A DNA stretch of 64,000 nt from Acidimicrobiales bacterium (GTDB taxonomy: Bacteria > Actinomycetota > Acidimicrobiia > Acidimicrobiales > JAUJNH01), in assembly GCA_030448245.1 (NCBI GenBank), contig JAUJNH010000008.1, positions 53,588 to 117,587 on the forward strand, given 5' to 3'. The stretch's first letter is position 1. Each line of letters starts with the position of its first letter. Both the position numbers and the translations under genes were made by a program. Below, in pieces: positions 1 to 10,312 of this stretch. A model generated the notes under the pieces. The model searched no databases, was not told the DNA's origin, and saw nothing but the letters and a program-made list of their open reading frames with translations.

Positions 1-263
1 ACGGCGAGGGGGACGAGGGTGGGCTGCACCCGAGCCAGGAGCCCGGTGACGCGGTCGTCACGGCTGGCCCGGTCGAGGGCGGCGACCGTCTGGCGCAGCG
101 TGAGCGGCTTCTGGAACCCGGCCGCAGCCAGCTGCAGAGGCGACTGGCTGAGGCTCTCGGGCGGCGCTGACGTCCAGTCGACCTCGAGCACCGTCCCGGG
201 CAGCACGCCCCGGTGGCGGGCCAGCTCGACCTGGCGGCGCAGCTGTTCGACCTTGTCGGTCAC
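1..263 (-). CDS. sppA: Signal peptide peptidase SppA/protease IV (S49), N-terminal part; runs off the window edge
   Basis: Manual translation from GTG at 263 (overlaps upstream stop): MTDKVEQLRRQ...TVLEVDW...LTLRQTVAALDRASRDDRVTGLLARV, resembling the SppA N-terminal segment. Confidence 0.6.
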   Translation of the reverse strand, partial: MTDKVEQLRRQVELARHRGVLPGTVLEVDWTSAPPESLSQSPLQLAAAGFQKPLTLRQTVAALDRASRDDRVTGLLARVQPTLVPLA

Positions 264-498
264 GAGCGGATCCGGTCGATGCGGGCGGACAGGTCACGGT
301 CCCGGTCGGTCACCACGTTCCCTTCGCTGTGGGTGCTGAGCCGGAGCGTGACGACGTTCCAGCGGATGTCGATGTCGGGGTGGTGGCCGGCCGCCTCGGC
401 GACGGCCCCGACCTGGTTGACGAAGGCGAGGGCCTCGGCGAAGTCGGCGAAGCGGAACTCCCTGCTGAGGGCGCCGGGCTCCTCGGTCCAGCCCGCCA

Positions 499-499
<1 letters not shown>
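260..499 (-). CDS. 4a-hydroxytetrahydrobiopterin (pterin-4a-carbinolamine) dehydratase
   Basis: MAGWTEEPGALSREFRFADFAEALAFVNQVGAVAEAAGHHPDIDIRWNVVTLRLSTH; HHPD motif; ATG overlaps the stop of the acyl-CoA dehydrogenase. Confidence 0.92.
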
Positions 500-1791
<1,292 letters not shown>

Positions 1792-1851
1792 CGCGGTCTC
1801 CCTCGTGCCGGGTGGTGGGTCGAGGTGCCCGGTCCTCGCGAGGCGAACCTA

Positions 1852-2949
1852 GTGCGGGATGCCGTGCTCAGCGTCCTCACCGTGGCGGTGCTGGGCTGGG
1901 TCGGCACGAACCTGGCGCTGGGAGCCCGGCGGGCCGTCCGGCGGCGTTCGCACAGCGCCGACCTCCTGCGAGGCGTGCGCCTGCGCCACGTGTGGCCGGT
2001 CCCCTTCGTCCTGACCGCCGTGCTCGGTGCGTTCGGCCTGGCGTGGCTGGTGCCACCGCTGCGCTTCGGCTGGTGGTCGCTCCTCGGCGGCGACGGCAAC
2101 ATCGTCTTCGGCACGACCGAGCGAACCACCGGGACCGTGTGGGAGGTGGTCGTCCCCGTCGTCTTCGTGGTGCTCCTGCTGCCCGCCCTCCCCCTGCTGG
2201 TCGAGGCCGAGGAGCGGCGCTTCCGCCTGGGCGCCGAACGATGGTCGACCGGCCGGCGGGCCCTGCGGGGCCTGCAGTTCGGGCTGCTCCACCTCGTGGT
2301 GGGCGTGCCGGTGGCCGCCGCCCTGGCCATCACCGTCGCCGGCTGGTGGTTCACCTGGGTCTACCTGCAGGCCTTCCGGCGCAGCGGCTCGCGGGCGGCG
2401 GCGGTGGCCGAGTCGACCCGGGCCCACCTCGGCTACAACCTGGTCGTGATCGGCCTCGTCGCCTTCTCGCTGGCCCTGTCGGCCTGCGGGCTGGCTGAGA
2501 GCACCGATCTGCGAGTCGACAGCCCCGACCTGCGCGATGGGCGGCCCCTGGCCGAGCGGTTCACCTGCACCGGCGAGAACGCCGTCCCCACCCTCCGCTG
2601 GAGCGGCGAGGCCGAGGGCGTCGGCGGCTGGGCGGTCGTCGTCGAGGATCCCGACAGCCCCATGGGGACCTTCACCCACTGGATCGTGACCGGGCTGGGA
2701 GCCACCACCCGGTCGGTCGGCGCCCAGCTCCCGCAGGGCGCGGTGGCCGGGCTCACCTCCTCGGGCCAGCCCGGCTACGTCGGCCCCTGCCCGCCGACCG
2801 GCGAGGAGCACCGCTTCCGCTTCCGGGTCCACGCCCTGAGCGAGCCGCTGGTGCTGGAGACCACCACCCCGGTGGTCGTGGCCCGCCGCCGCATCGAGGC
2901 CGTCTCCCTCGACGCCGCCGAGCTCGAGGTCACCTACCGCTCCCCCTGA
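1852..2949 (+). CDS. CPBP/CAAX-type intramembrane protease-like domain fused to YbhB/YbcL (PEBP) domain
   Basis: TM region with EAEERRFR, FGLLH and AHLGYN motifs; then LSACG; C-terminal VVEDPDSP..FTHW..GYVGPCPP..HRFRFRVHAL of the PEBP family. Confidence 0.75.
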   Translation: MRDAVLSVLTVAVLGWVGTNLALGARRAVRRRSHSADLLRGVRLRHVWPVPFVLTAVLGAFGLAWLVPPLRFGWWSLLGGDGNIVFGTTERTTGTVWEVVVPVVFVVLLLPALPLLVEAEERRFRLGAERWSTGRRALRGLQFGLLHLVVGVPVAAALAITVAGWWFTWVYLQAFRRSGSRAAAVAESTRAHLGYNLVVIGLVAFSLALSACGLAESTDLRVDSPDLRDGRPLAERFTCTGENAVPTLRWSGEAEGVGGWAVVVEDPDSPMGTFTHWIVTGLGATTRSVGAQLPQGAVAGLTSSGQPGYVGPCPPTGEEHRFRFRVHALSEPLVLETTTPVVVARRRIEAVSLDAAELEVTYRSP

Positions 2950-3086
2950 CCCCCGCCTGGAGCACCCACTCCCGGTCGCCAGGAGGGCCACGTTGTGGGC
3001 ACTCCCGGACCGGGGTGCGGGCAACCCCCCATGGATCGGCGGGATCGGACGGCCGAGGATCGGACCATGCCTGGAGCCCGGATCCC

Positions 3087-3446
3087 GTGACGCTGGCCGA
3101 AGCCGTCAAGCTGAGCGACGAGGCAGCCGACCTCCTCGTCTTTCTCTTCCTCGTCTTCCTGGCGATCGTCGCCCTTTCATGCGTGGCGGCAGTGCTCGGC
3201 TGGGTGTGGGCCTACCGAGCGGGGCGGGGCTCCAACCTTGCCCTCAAGGGCTGGATCGCAGCCGCCACTCCCTTCGTTGCGGCGATGACGCTCCCCATCC
3301 CCACGATGCTGGCGAAAGGCTTCAACGCGTTCTGGCTGGTGCCGGTGAGCGTGCTGGTGACCCAGGCTGCGCTGTTCGGCCTGGGGAGAGCCGTGGGTCC
3401 CCGGCCCAGCGCAGTGGCTCCCGCCGGCCACGGGTGGTCGGGTTGA
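3087..3446 (+). CDS. Small membrane protein (paralog of the next gene)
   Basis: 3 hydrophobic segments; WAYRAGRGSNLALKGW; TGATG coupling to the next gene. Confidence 0.6.
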   Translation: MTLAEAVKLSDEAADLLVFLFLVFLAIVALSCVAAVLGWVWAYRAGRGSNLALKGWIAAATPFVAAMTLPIPTMLAKGFNAFWLVPVSVLVTQAALFGLGRAVGPRPSAVAPAGHGWSG

Positions 3447-3757
3447 TGCTCGCAGAGACCCCCTCCTTCACCAGCGGCGAGATCCTGCTCATCCTCCTCG
3501 TCCTGGTGGGCGTGGCGGCCGTGGCCGTCGCCACCTTCGCCCTCGGCTGCCTCTGGGCCTGGAGGGCAGGCCGCGGATCGAAGCCGGCCCTCGTCGGCTG
3601 GGTGGTTGTCGCCTCGTTGGAGGTCCTCTTCCTCCTCCCCAGTCTCCCGGGATTCCTGAAGGGAGAGCTCTTCTCCGTGGCTCCCCCCCTCGGTGCCCTC
3701 ACCTGCCAGGTGGTCCTGTACCTCACCGCCAAGGGGAAGCTGGGCGCGGGGCGGTGA
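3446..3757 (+). CDS. Small membrane protein (paralog of the previous gene)
   Basis: MLAETPSFTSGEILLILL...WAWRAGRGSKPALVGW; GTGA coupling to the desaturase. Confidence 0.65.
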   Translation: MLAETPSFTSGEILLILLVLVGVAAVAVATFALGCLWAWRAGRGSKPALVGWVVVASLEVLFLLPSLPGFLKGELFSVAPPLGALTCQVVLYLTAKGKLGAGR

Positions 3758-4644
3758 CCCGTGCCGTCCACGAGCTGCTGCCGTTCGACAGGCTTGTCGA
3801 GACGGCAACGCCATTCGCCCTGGCTGTCAACCTGCCCTACGTCGTGGCGCTCTGCGCCGTGACCGGCGAGGTGGCCTGGTTGGCTCGAGCCTCCGGTCCC
3901 GGGCGGCGCCGCGTGCTGGTCTCGGCGGCGACGGCGTCAGCCATGGCCGCCGGTGCGCTGGTGGTCAGCGTGCCCTACACCGCCACCTTCCGCTTCTTGT
4001 GGGACGCGTTGGCGAAGGTGCGCTGGGAGGCGGCCGCCTCGTTCTGGCAGGCCCACCCGGTCCTGGGGGCGGCCGTGGCCTTTGTCGCCTGGGACCTCTC
4101 CGGCTGGCTGTACCACCTCATCGGCCACCGCACCCGGATCGGCTGGGCGGCGCACCAGCCCCATCACTCAGGCCCAGGCTTCGACGCCACCCTCGGACTG
4201 CGCCAGTCGTGGACCCCGTTCCACGGCCTGCTCCACCACCCGTTGCTGGCCCTCGCCGGCTTCGACCTGCGGGTCATCTTCGTGTGCGCCGCCTTCTCCA
4301 ACTGCTGGCAGGTGCTCGAGCACACGAGCCTCCCCGTGCGCTTCCCCCGCTGGTTCGCGGCCGTGGTGATGACGCCGGCCGCCCACCGCCACCACCACGG
4401 CCGCGGCGGCGCCGCGGTGAACCTGGGCCCCTTCTTCACGATCTGGGACCGCCTGGCCGGCACCTGGGTCCCGCCCGACCACCCTGCCCCGGCCGCCTAT
4501 GGCCCCGAACCGCCAGCGTCGGGGAACCCTCTGGCCATCCAGCTGGCCGGCTGGCGCCACCTGGCCAGGTCTCTCCGGCCCCAGCCGTGGTCCGGCGCTA
4601 GCCCGAGACCCCGCCTCCAAGCCCCTCCCACGGGCCGCCACTGA
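3754..4644 (+). CDS. Sterol desaturase/fatty acid hydroxylase family protein
   Basis: His boxes YHLIGH, WAAHQPHHS, EHT, HRHHH and NLGPFFTIWDRLAGT. Confidence 0.9.
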   Translation: MTRAVHELLPFDRLVETATPFALAVNLPYVVALCAVTGEVAWLARASGPGRRRVLVSAATASAMAAGALVVSVPYTATFRFLWDALAKVRWEAAASFWQAHPVLGAAVAFVAWDLSGWLYHLIGHRTRIGWAAHQPHHSGPGFDATLGLRQSWTPFHGLLHHPLLALAGFDLRVIFVCAAFSNCWQVLEHTSLPVRFPRWFAAVVMTPAAHRHHHGRGGAAVNLGPFFTIWDRLAGTWVPPDHPAPAAYGPEPPASGNPLAIQLAGWRHLARSLRPQPWSGASPRPRLQAPPTGRH

Positions 4645-4803
4645 ACGCTCGGCGAAGATCCTCGATTGCGCTTGGTCCTCCCCAGGTGTGGCGCCCCCTC
4701 GCCCGGCCTTCCGCTCGGCCGCGGCTGCGTCCCGCCAGCTGCCGCCCGTTTGCCGACGCAGAGGTCCGTGGCCGATGGCCTGCCCGAGCGGTGTGTGCCA
4801 ACG

Positions 4804-4918
4804 ACCACAACTGACCCGCAGAAGTGCCGCCTCGACAACCACGGCTGCCCGGGCAGAACGTGCGCCCAACTGCCCGGCAGAACGTGTAGCCCCAGCGACC
4901 ACAGCTGCCCGGGCAGAA
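4804..4918. repeat. Cluster of palindromic CTGCCCGGGCAG(AA) repeats
   Basis: Perfect palindromes at 4845-4856 and 4905-4916, a 1-nt-short copy at 4870-4880 and a degenerate copy at ~4811. Confidence 0.7.
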
Positions 4919-5027
4919 GGCGCCACCGCAACGAGCGGGTCAGCGAGGGGGCCACCGACTGGTTCCGCTTGCAACCAACGAACATCGAGAAGACATCGAA
5001 AGCCACCAACTGCTAGGGTCCCGGCCC

Positions 5028-5588
5028 GTGCGGCGCTGGCTGGTTCTGCTGCTCCTGGTGACCGGCTGCAGGGACGCGTCCGGTGGTGGCACGAACACCA
5101 CCCTGGCGCCGCTGCCCACGGCTGGGACGACCGTGGTGCAGCCAACGACCACCACGGCACCTTCGTTCGAGGTGCCGGCCGTCATCGACCTGCCCTACGT
5201 GCAGCGAGTGCTGGAGACCATCTACCACCTCGACGGCGAGGCCACCCGCCACGTCTACGCCAAGAAGGTTCCCGACGCCGAGCTCAACGAACGCCTCGAG
5301 GCCATCTTCGGAGATCCAGCACTCACCGAGGCAAAGCGGGTGCTCGGGGAGAACGCTGCCGATGGGTTCGTCCGGTTCGCCAACCCACCCGGAGACGCCA
5401 AGGTTCGGGCGGTCGAGATCATCCAGGCCACGCCGACCTGCATGATCATCCGCGCCGACCTGGACTACGGCCCGCAGTTCAAAGAACCACGTCCGCCTCA
5501 GCCCCAAGCCACCATTCAGCTTGGGCGAGCGGACGTCCTCCCGTTCAACCCAACCGGGTGGGGCGTGGTTGTCGCCGGAGTACCCTGA
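5028..5588 (+). CDS. Putative lipoprotein
   Basis: MRRWLVLLLLVTGC lipobox, Thr-rich linker, globular C-terminus. Confidence 0.75.
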   Translation: MRRWLVLLLLVTGCRDASGGGTNTTLAPLPTAGTTVVQPTTTTAPSFEVPAVIDLPYVQRVLETIYHLDGEATRHVYAKKVPDAELNERLEAIFGDPALTEAKRVLGENAADGFVRFANPPGDAKVRAVEIIQATPTCMIIRADLDYGPQFKEPRPPQPQATIQLGRADVLPFNPTGWGVVVAGVP

Positions 5589-5615
5589 CGCTGGCCAAAA
5601 CCTGAAGGTCTGCCG

Positions 5616-6477
5616 ATGAGACGCATGCTTCGTGCCAGGCTGGCCGTCGCCGTCACGGTGTTGGTCCTGATGATGGTCGTGCCAGCGCTTCCCCTCCTCG
5701 GCGCATGCCGCCGTCAGAGGGCAGGACGACAAGCTTGTCGGCTTCGACAGCCGAGGCGATCGGAACGACAAATCCCGAGTGCCGCCGCCGGGGAAGGCGC
5801 CGGTGAAGCGGAAGGGGAAGCCGCGGATCGTGGAGCGGGGGCGGGGGGACAGGCCGGCGGAGCCGACCGTCATCTTCACCGGTGACCGGCCACCCTGCGT
5901 TGAGGGCGCGGGAACCTACCTGTTCGGTGATCCGCACGATGTCCGCGATGTCTCGGCCATCCCCGACTGCCCTGGCGCCGCCCGGGGCAACCGTGGCCGG
6001 CCGGCGCCGCCCCCGCCCAGCGCACGCGATGCCGCCTTCCAGGCCTGGTACTGGGAGACCAAGCTGCCGGACCCGAGGCTGGCCACCAGCCCGCCGGACG
6101 GGGCCGTCGCCGGGCTCGACCTGTACCTGAGCATCGGCGGGCCGCAGGAGCTCACCCTCGACGTCCCTGCCCTCGGGTACGTGGTCCACCTCGAGGTGTC
6201 GAGCGTCTACGACATCAGCTGGGGTGATCCACAGCCCGACGGCTCCGCCCTGGGCCAAGCGGTCACCGTCAATCACCCGACCAGGGGCGGCCCCTACCCC
6301 ACCGGTGACCTCCGCCACCAGTACATCCACCGGGGCACCGCCACCATCGAGGTCATCCAGAAGTGGACCGCCCGCTGGTCGGCCAACGGCGAGTCGGGCA
6401 TCATCGCCGACCGCCTCGCCACCTCCGCCACCCGCACCATCCCCGTGCAGGAGATCCAGGCCGTCATCACCGGCTGA
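5616..6477 (+). CDS. Secreted protein with C-terminal PKD/Ig-like domain (frameshift ~5690)
   Basis: Signal peptide MRRMLRARLAVAV...PSSAHA spans two frames; C-terminus ISWGD...LRHQYIHRG...WTARW...VQEIQAVITG is typical of actinobacterial proteins paired with a lipoprotein. Confidence 0.65.
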
Positions 6478-6800
6478 CCGGCCGTTCCAGGGTCACCGGG
6501 CCCCGGGTCGCGGGCTGTCCTGCCTAAACGAAACTTGAGTGCGACGCGCAGAGCTCGGAGCACCTTCCTTAGGAAGCCCGCGCTACGAAAGGCCTCTTCG
6601 CGCTCGACCGACCTCGAGGTCACGCCCTGCTGACCCGCCCTCGTGAGCGCCGGCTCCAGGACGTCCGCGGCGACGAGCGCACCGAAGTGCAAGCCACCGA
6701 TGCCGAGTCGAGGACACACCTCATCCTCCTGAAGAACCTCCTCGTCAGCCAGAACGGGGAGGTCTTCACCGAGCCGCTTCATCGAGACACGGTGTGTCAT
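6294..6800 (-). CDS. Hypothetical protein (true 3' end probably near 6520)
   Basis: ATG at 6800 overlaps the upstream stop (TGATG); the ORF runs into the opposite-strand gene, so the end is uncertain. Confidence 0.35.
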   Translation of the reverse strand: MTHRVSMKRLGEDLPVLADEEVLQEDEVCPRLGIGGLHFGALVAADVLEPALTRAGQQGVTSRSVEREEAFRSAGFLRKVLRALRVALKFRLGRTARDPGPGDPGTAGQPVMTAWISCTGMVRVAEVARRSAMMPDSPLADQRAVHFWMTSMVAVPRWMYWWRRSPVG

Positions 6801-6946
6801 CAGCTAGTTACCGGCTCGCCGGTGGCGGCGCAGTCGGGGTTCTCGCACACGAAGCCCTCCCCCACCTCCGACGGAAGGGCCGTCACGCCGCAGGCGGGAC
6901 AGATCGGCGCCCGCCCCTCGTCGTCGGCATCGGCGCCGTCAACCAC
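6800..6946 (-). CDS. Small Cys-rich (zinc-ribbon-like) protein, 48 aa
   Basis: VVDGADADDEGRAPICPACGVTALPSEVGEGFVCENPDCAATGEPVTS; CxxC...CxxxxC; overlaps both neighbours. Confidence 0.6.
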   Translation of the reverse strand: MVDGADADDEGRAPICPACGVTALPSEVGEGFVCENPDCAATGEPVTS

Positions 6947-7697
6947 GGCGCTCGAGGGCGGCGTGCAGCGGAGCGAGGTCGAAGGGGTGGCCGAGCCCCA
7001 GGATGACGTGCTGGACGCCGACCGCCTCGTACTCCTCGAGACGACCGACCTCGCTGGCCCTGATGTTGATCGTGCGCTCGATGCCAGCTGGGTCACGCCC
7101 GACCTTGGTGCACCACTCGTCGAGGATGCGGCTCTTGCGCTGGTACTCGGCGGGGGTGCCAAAGGCGTTCCACATCGTGGCGTGCTCGGCCACCAGCCTC
7201 AGGGTCACCTTCTCGCCACCACCGCCGATCAGCAGCGGCAGCGGCTGCTGAACCGGTGGCGGGTTCAGCTTGGCCAGCCGGTCCTTGATGCGAGGCAGGG
7301 CGGCGGCCAGGTCCTTCAGTCGGCTCGACGCGGTGCCGAAGTCGTAGCCGTACTCGACGTAGTCACGCTCGAACCAGCCGCTGCCGATCCCGAGGATGAA
7401 CCGCCCTCCTGACAGGTGGTCCAGGGTGCGGGCCATGTCGGCCAGCAGCTCCGGGTTCCGGTAGGAGTTGCAGGTGACCATGGCGCCAAAGGCCGACCGG
7501 CTGGTCTCGACGGCCATGGCGGCCAGCAGCGTGTAGCACTCCAGGTGTGCCGCGTCCGGGTCACCGTAGAGCGGGTAGAAGTGGTCCCACACCCAGATGG
7601 AGTCGGCACCGGCCTGGTCGACCGCCCGCCACGCCGCGCGCAGGGCGTCGGTGGTGGTGGCCTGGGGCTGGAGCTGCACACCGATCCTGAGTGCCAT
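6939..7697 (-). CDS. LLM-class F420-dependent oxidoreductase
   Basis: SIWVWDHFYP, VTCNSYRNPELLADMARTLDHLSGGRFILGIGSGW, LLIGGGGEK. Confidence 0.93.
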   Translation of the reverse strand: MALRIGVQLQPQATTTDALRAAWRAVDQAGADSIWVWDHFYPLYGDPDAAHLECYTLLAAMAVETSRSAFGAMVTCNSYRNPELLADMARTLDHLSGGRFILGIGSGWFERDYVEYGYDFGTASSRLKDLAAALPRIKDRLAKLNPPPVQQPLPLLIGGGGEKVTLRLVAEHATMWNAFGTPAEYQRKSRILDEWCTKVGRDPAGIERTINIRASEVGRLEEYEAVGVQHVILGLGHPFDLAPLHAALERRG

Positions 7698-7706
7698 CCG
7701 TGGAAG

Positions 7707-8648
7707 CTACCGGTGCCCGGCAACCTCCGCCGTCGTGCCGGTGACGACCCGAAGCTGGCGGAGCAGCGTCTCGGACACCGGCATCGCCACGCCGGCCGCC
7801 TTTCCTTCGGCCACCGGGCGACCAAGGATCACCTCGACCTCCGCCGGCCGGCCGGCTGCCACGTCCAAGCCCATGCTGGTGCGGTAGGGCGGGAACGTGC
7901 GGGTGATGGCCAGGAGGCCGTCCACGTAACCGTGGGAGATCGAGTGGCCGAGGGCGTCGGCGGCGGCGACGACCTCGTCCATCACGATGCGGACCAGGGC
8001 CTCCCCGTCGGGGCTGGACAGCAGGTCGGTGGGGGTGCGGTCGAGCAGGGTGGTGAGCGGGTTGAAGGGGGCGTTCCACACGAGCTTGCGCCAGCGGGCG
8101 CCCACGAGGTCTTCGACGACGACGGCTTCGATCCCGGCGGCCCGCAGGTCGGCCGCCACCGGCTCGACGGCACCCCGGTCCTCGGGGCGGTGGGCGGCGA
8201 TCGTGACGGTGCCGCCCAGCAGGTGCTCGACCTGACCCGGTCCCATCCGGTTGGCGGCGATGAAGCACAGGCCGCCGGCCAGGGGCCGCGATCCGACGGC
8301 GTCCTCGAGGTCGAGCTCGATCCCCAGCCCGTTCTGCAGGCTCACGACCGCGGTGGTGCCACCGGCGAGCCGGAACAGGGTGGCGGCGGCCGGGTTCGGG
8401 AGCGTGGCCTTGACCGCGACGAGCACGACGTCGCTGGCCGGGACCGCGTCAGGGTCGTCGAACGCCTGGACCTCGGGGACGACCACGTCACCATCTCGGC
8501 TGGTCACGCGCACGCCGCTCCGTCGAAGGGCCGGCACGTCGCTGCGGCCCAGGAAGCGCACGGGGTGACCGGCGGCCGCCAGCTTCGCCCCGTAGAAGCT
8601 GCCAACGGCCCCGGTGCCGAGGACGGTGTAGGACCGCACGGGCGTCAA
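7707..8648 (-). CDS. panE: 2-dehydropantoate 2-reductase (ApbA/PanE family)
   Basis: VLGTGAVGSFYG Rossmann motif, VAVKA, SLQNGLG, RWRKLVWNAPFN, TSMGLD..GRPAE. Confidence 0.9.
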   Translation of the reverse strand: MTPVRSYTVLGTGAVGSFYGAKLAAAGHPVRFLGRSDVPALRRSGVRVTSRDGDVVVPEVQAFDDPDAVPASDVVLVAVKATLPNPAAATLFRLAGGTTAVVSLQNGLGIELDLEDAVGSRPLAGGLCFIAANRMGPGQVEHLLGGTVTIAAHRPEDRGAVEPVAADLRAAGIEAVVVEDLVGARWRKLVWNAPFNPLTTLLDRTPTDLLSSPDGEALVRIVMDEVVAAADALGHSISHGYVDGLLAITRTFPPYRTSMGLDVAAGRPAEVEVILGRPVAEGKAAGVAMPVSETLLRQLRVVTGTTAEVAGHR

Positions 8649-8682
8649 TGCTGCCCCAGCTGCCGGCGCCTAGGTTCTCTGG

Positions 8683-9321
8683 ATGGCTGACGTAGAGCTG
8701 TTCTGGGACCCGGTGTGCCCGTTCGCATGGATCACCAGCCGGTGGGTGGTCGAGGTGGCCGAGCAGAGGCCCCTCGAGGTGCGGTGGCGGCCGATCTCCC
8801 TGCGCATGCTCAACGAGGACCGTTACGGCGAAGAGGACCTGGCGGCCAAGCAGCAGGGCCACGCCATCGGCCTGGCTCTCCTGCGGGTGGCCGTCGCCGT
8901 CGATGAGGCGCATGGAAACGAAGCGGTGGGCCGGCTGTACACCTCCGTGGGCCGGGCGATCCACCTGAGCACCGATCGGGAGGCCCTTGCGGCCGCGGGT
9001 CCGCGGTCCCTGGCCCGGCGGGCGCTGGTGGAGTGCGATCTGCCGGCCGAGCTGGCTGCGGCGACCGAAGACGAAGGCCGCGACGCCTCGATCCGCGCCG
9101 ATACCGATGTGGCGCTCGAGCGGGCCGGGAGCGACGTGGGCACGCCCGTCCTCACGTTCGGGCCGCCTGACGGGCCCTCGTTCTTCGGCCCGGTGATCAG
9201 CCGGGTGCCAAGGGGTCCGGATGCTGTCGTCCTGTGGGAGGCCGTCGAGACGATCGCCCGCCACAGTTGGTTCGCCGAGCTCAAGCGCTCCCTGCGAGAG
9301 CCGCCCCAGGTGGACAGCTGA
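8683..9321 (+). CDS. Rv2466c-like mycothiol-dependent reductase (DsbA-like)
   Basis: FWDPVCPFAWITSRW, DVGTP, FFGPVISRVPRG, FAELKRSLR; leaderless TAGGTT -10 at 8671. Confidence 0.9.
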   Translation: MADVELFWDPVCPFAWITSRWVVEVAEQRPLEVRWRPISLRMLNEDRYGEEDLAAKQQGHAIGLALLRVAVAVDEAHGNEAVGRLYTSVGRAIHLSTDREALAAAGPRSLARRALVECDLPAELAAATEDEGRDASIRADTDVALERAGSDVGTPVLTFGPPDGPSFFGPVISRVPRGPDAVVLWEAVETIARHSWFAELKRSLREPPQVDS

Positions 9322-9379
9322 TCGGGCGCCCGCGCCACCCCGGGGTGTAGCCAGGTCAGCCCGTTAGCCTGGCTGCGCT

Positions 9380-10096
9380 ATGGCACGAGGAGCGCGGTTG
9401 CCCGTCCAGGCCTTCAAGCAGGGCGGCGGACCAGCCGTCTGCGTGCTCAGCGGCAAGCCCACCGACCAACGGGTGGAGCTCACGGCGAGGATCAGGGACA
9501 CCCCTTCGTGGCTGCTGTTCGTCGGCGTGCTCCCCTACGTCGTGGCCAGGCTGTGCTGCAAGCGGGCTCGCGGTTCGCTGCCCCTGACCGCCGAGGTCCA
9601 GCAGCTGCTCAGCTCACGCCGGATCAGGCTTCGGATCATCGTCGTCCCCTGCGCCGTCATCCTGCTGCTTGGCGTGCTGGCCCTGTTCCGCCTTCCGGGG
9701 CTGGCGATCATCCTCCTCGTGGCGCCATGGTCGTTCATCGCGACCATCGCCATCCTCAACCGGCTCCGCTCGCCCCTGAGCCCGGTCCATCTCGATGCCA
9801 CGGGCCGGTGGGTTGTGATCCCCCACGCCGCCGAGGAGTACGCAGCCGCCCTGGCAGGGGAGAGCGGGGGAGGTCCCCGCCGGCCCGTCGGGACCATCGG
9901 ACCCAGCGGACCCCGTCATCCAGGCTCCCTGGACGCGAGCCGGCGGCTACGTCGCGGCCGCGGCCTCGGCTATCACCCGGCGGACGACCTTGCGGATCGG
10001 TTCGAACGGGGATTTCCCAGAGCGTGGTCGATGCGGTGTCGGGCGTGGTGGCGCCTCGCAACGCTCGGGCGCGGGAGTTGCTCCGCTTCTTGCTGA
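9380..10096 (+). CDS. Membrane protein (C-terminal end uncertain)
   Basis: [11 protein letters not shown]-terminus and three TM segments; low-complexity tail overlaps a pseudogene remnant. Confidence 0.55.
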   Translation: MARGARLPVQAFKQGGGPAVCVLSGKPTDQRVELTARIRDTPSWLLFVGVLPYVVARLCCKRARGSLPLTAEVQQLLSSRRIRLRIIVVPCAVILLLGVLALFRLPGLAIILLVAPWSFIATIAILNRLRSPLSPVHLDATGRWVVIPHAAEEYAAALAGESGGGPRRPVGTIGPSGPRHPGSLDASRRLRRGRGLGYHPADDLADRFERGFPRAWSMRCRAWWRLATLGRGSCSASC

Positions 10097-10292
10097 GCCC
10101 AGCCGGAGGGATCCGGAGGAGGAAGCTCTTCCGTTCGACCCGGGCCTAGTAGAGCCAGCCCGGGTTGACCACCGGTTGGCGCCCCCGTCGCTGCAGAGGA
10201 CGACCAGGAGGTTGCTCACCATCGATGCCTTGCGTTCCTCGTCCAGGTGGACGATCTGCTGCTCGCTCAGCATCTGCAGCGCGTCTCTCGGA
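10090..10292 (-). pseudogene. Remnant of an SPFH/band-7 protein C-terminus plus the start of an Arc/RHH-like gene
   Basis: [28 protein letters not shown](fs)[10 protein letters not shown] followed by [12 protein letters not shown]. Confidence 0.7.
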
Positions 10293-10312
10293 GGGTCCGG
10301 TCCGTCAAGAGG

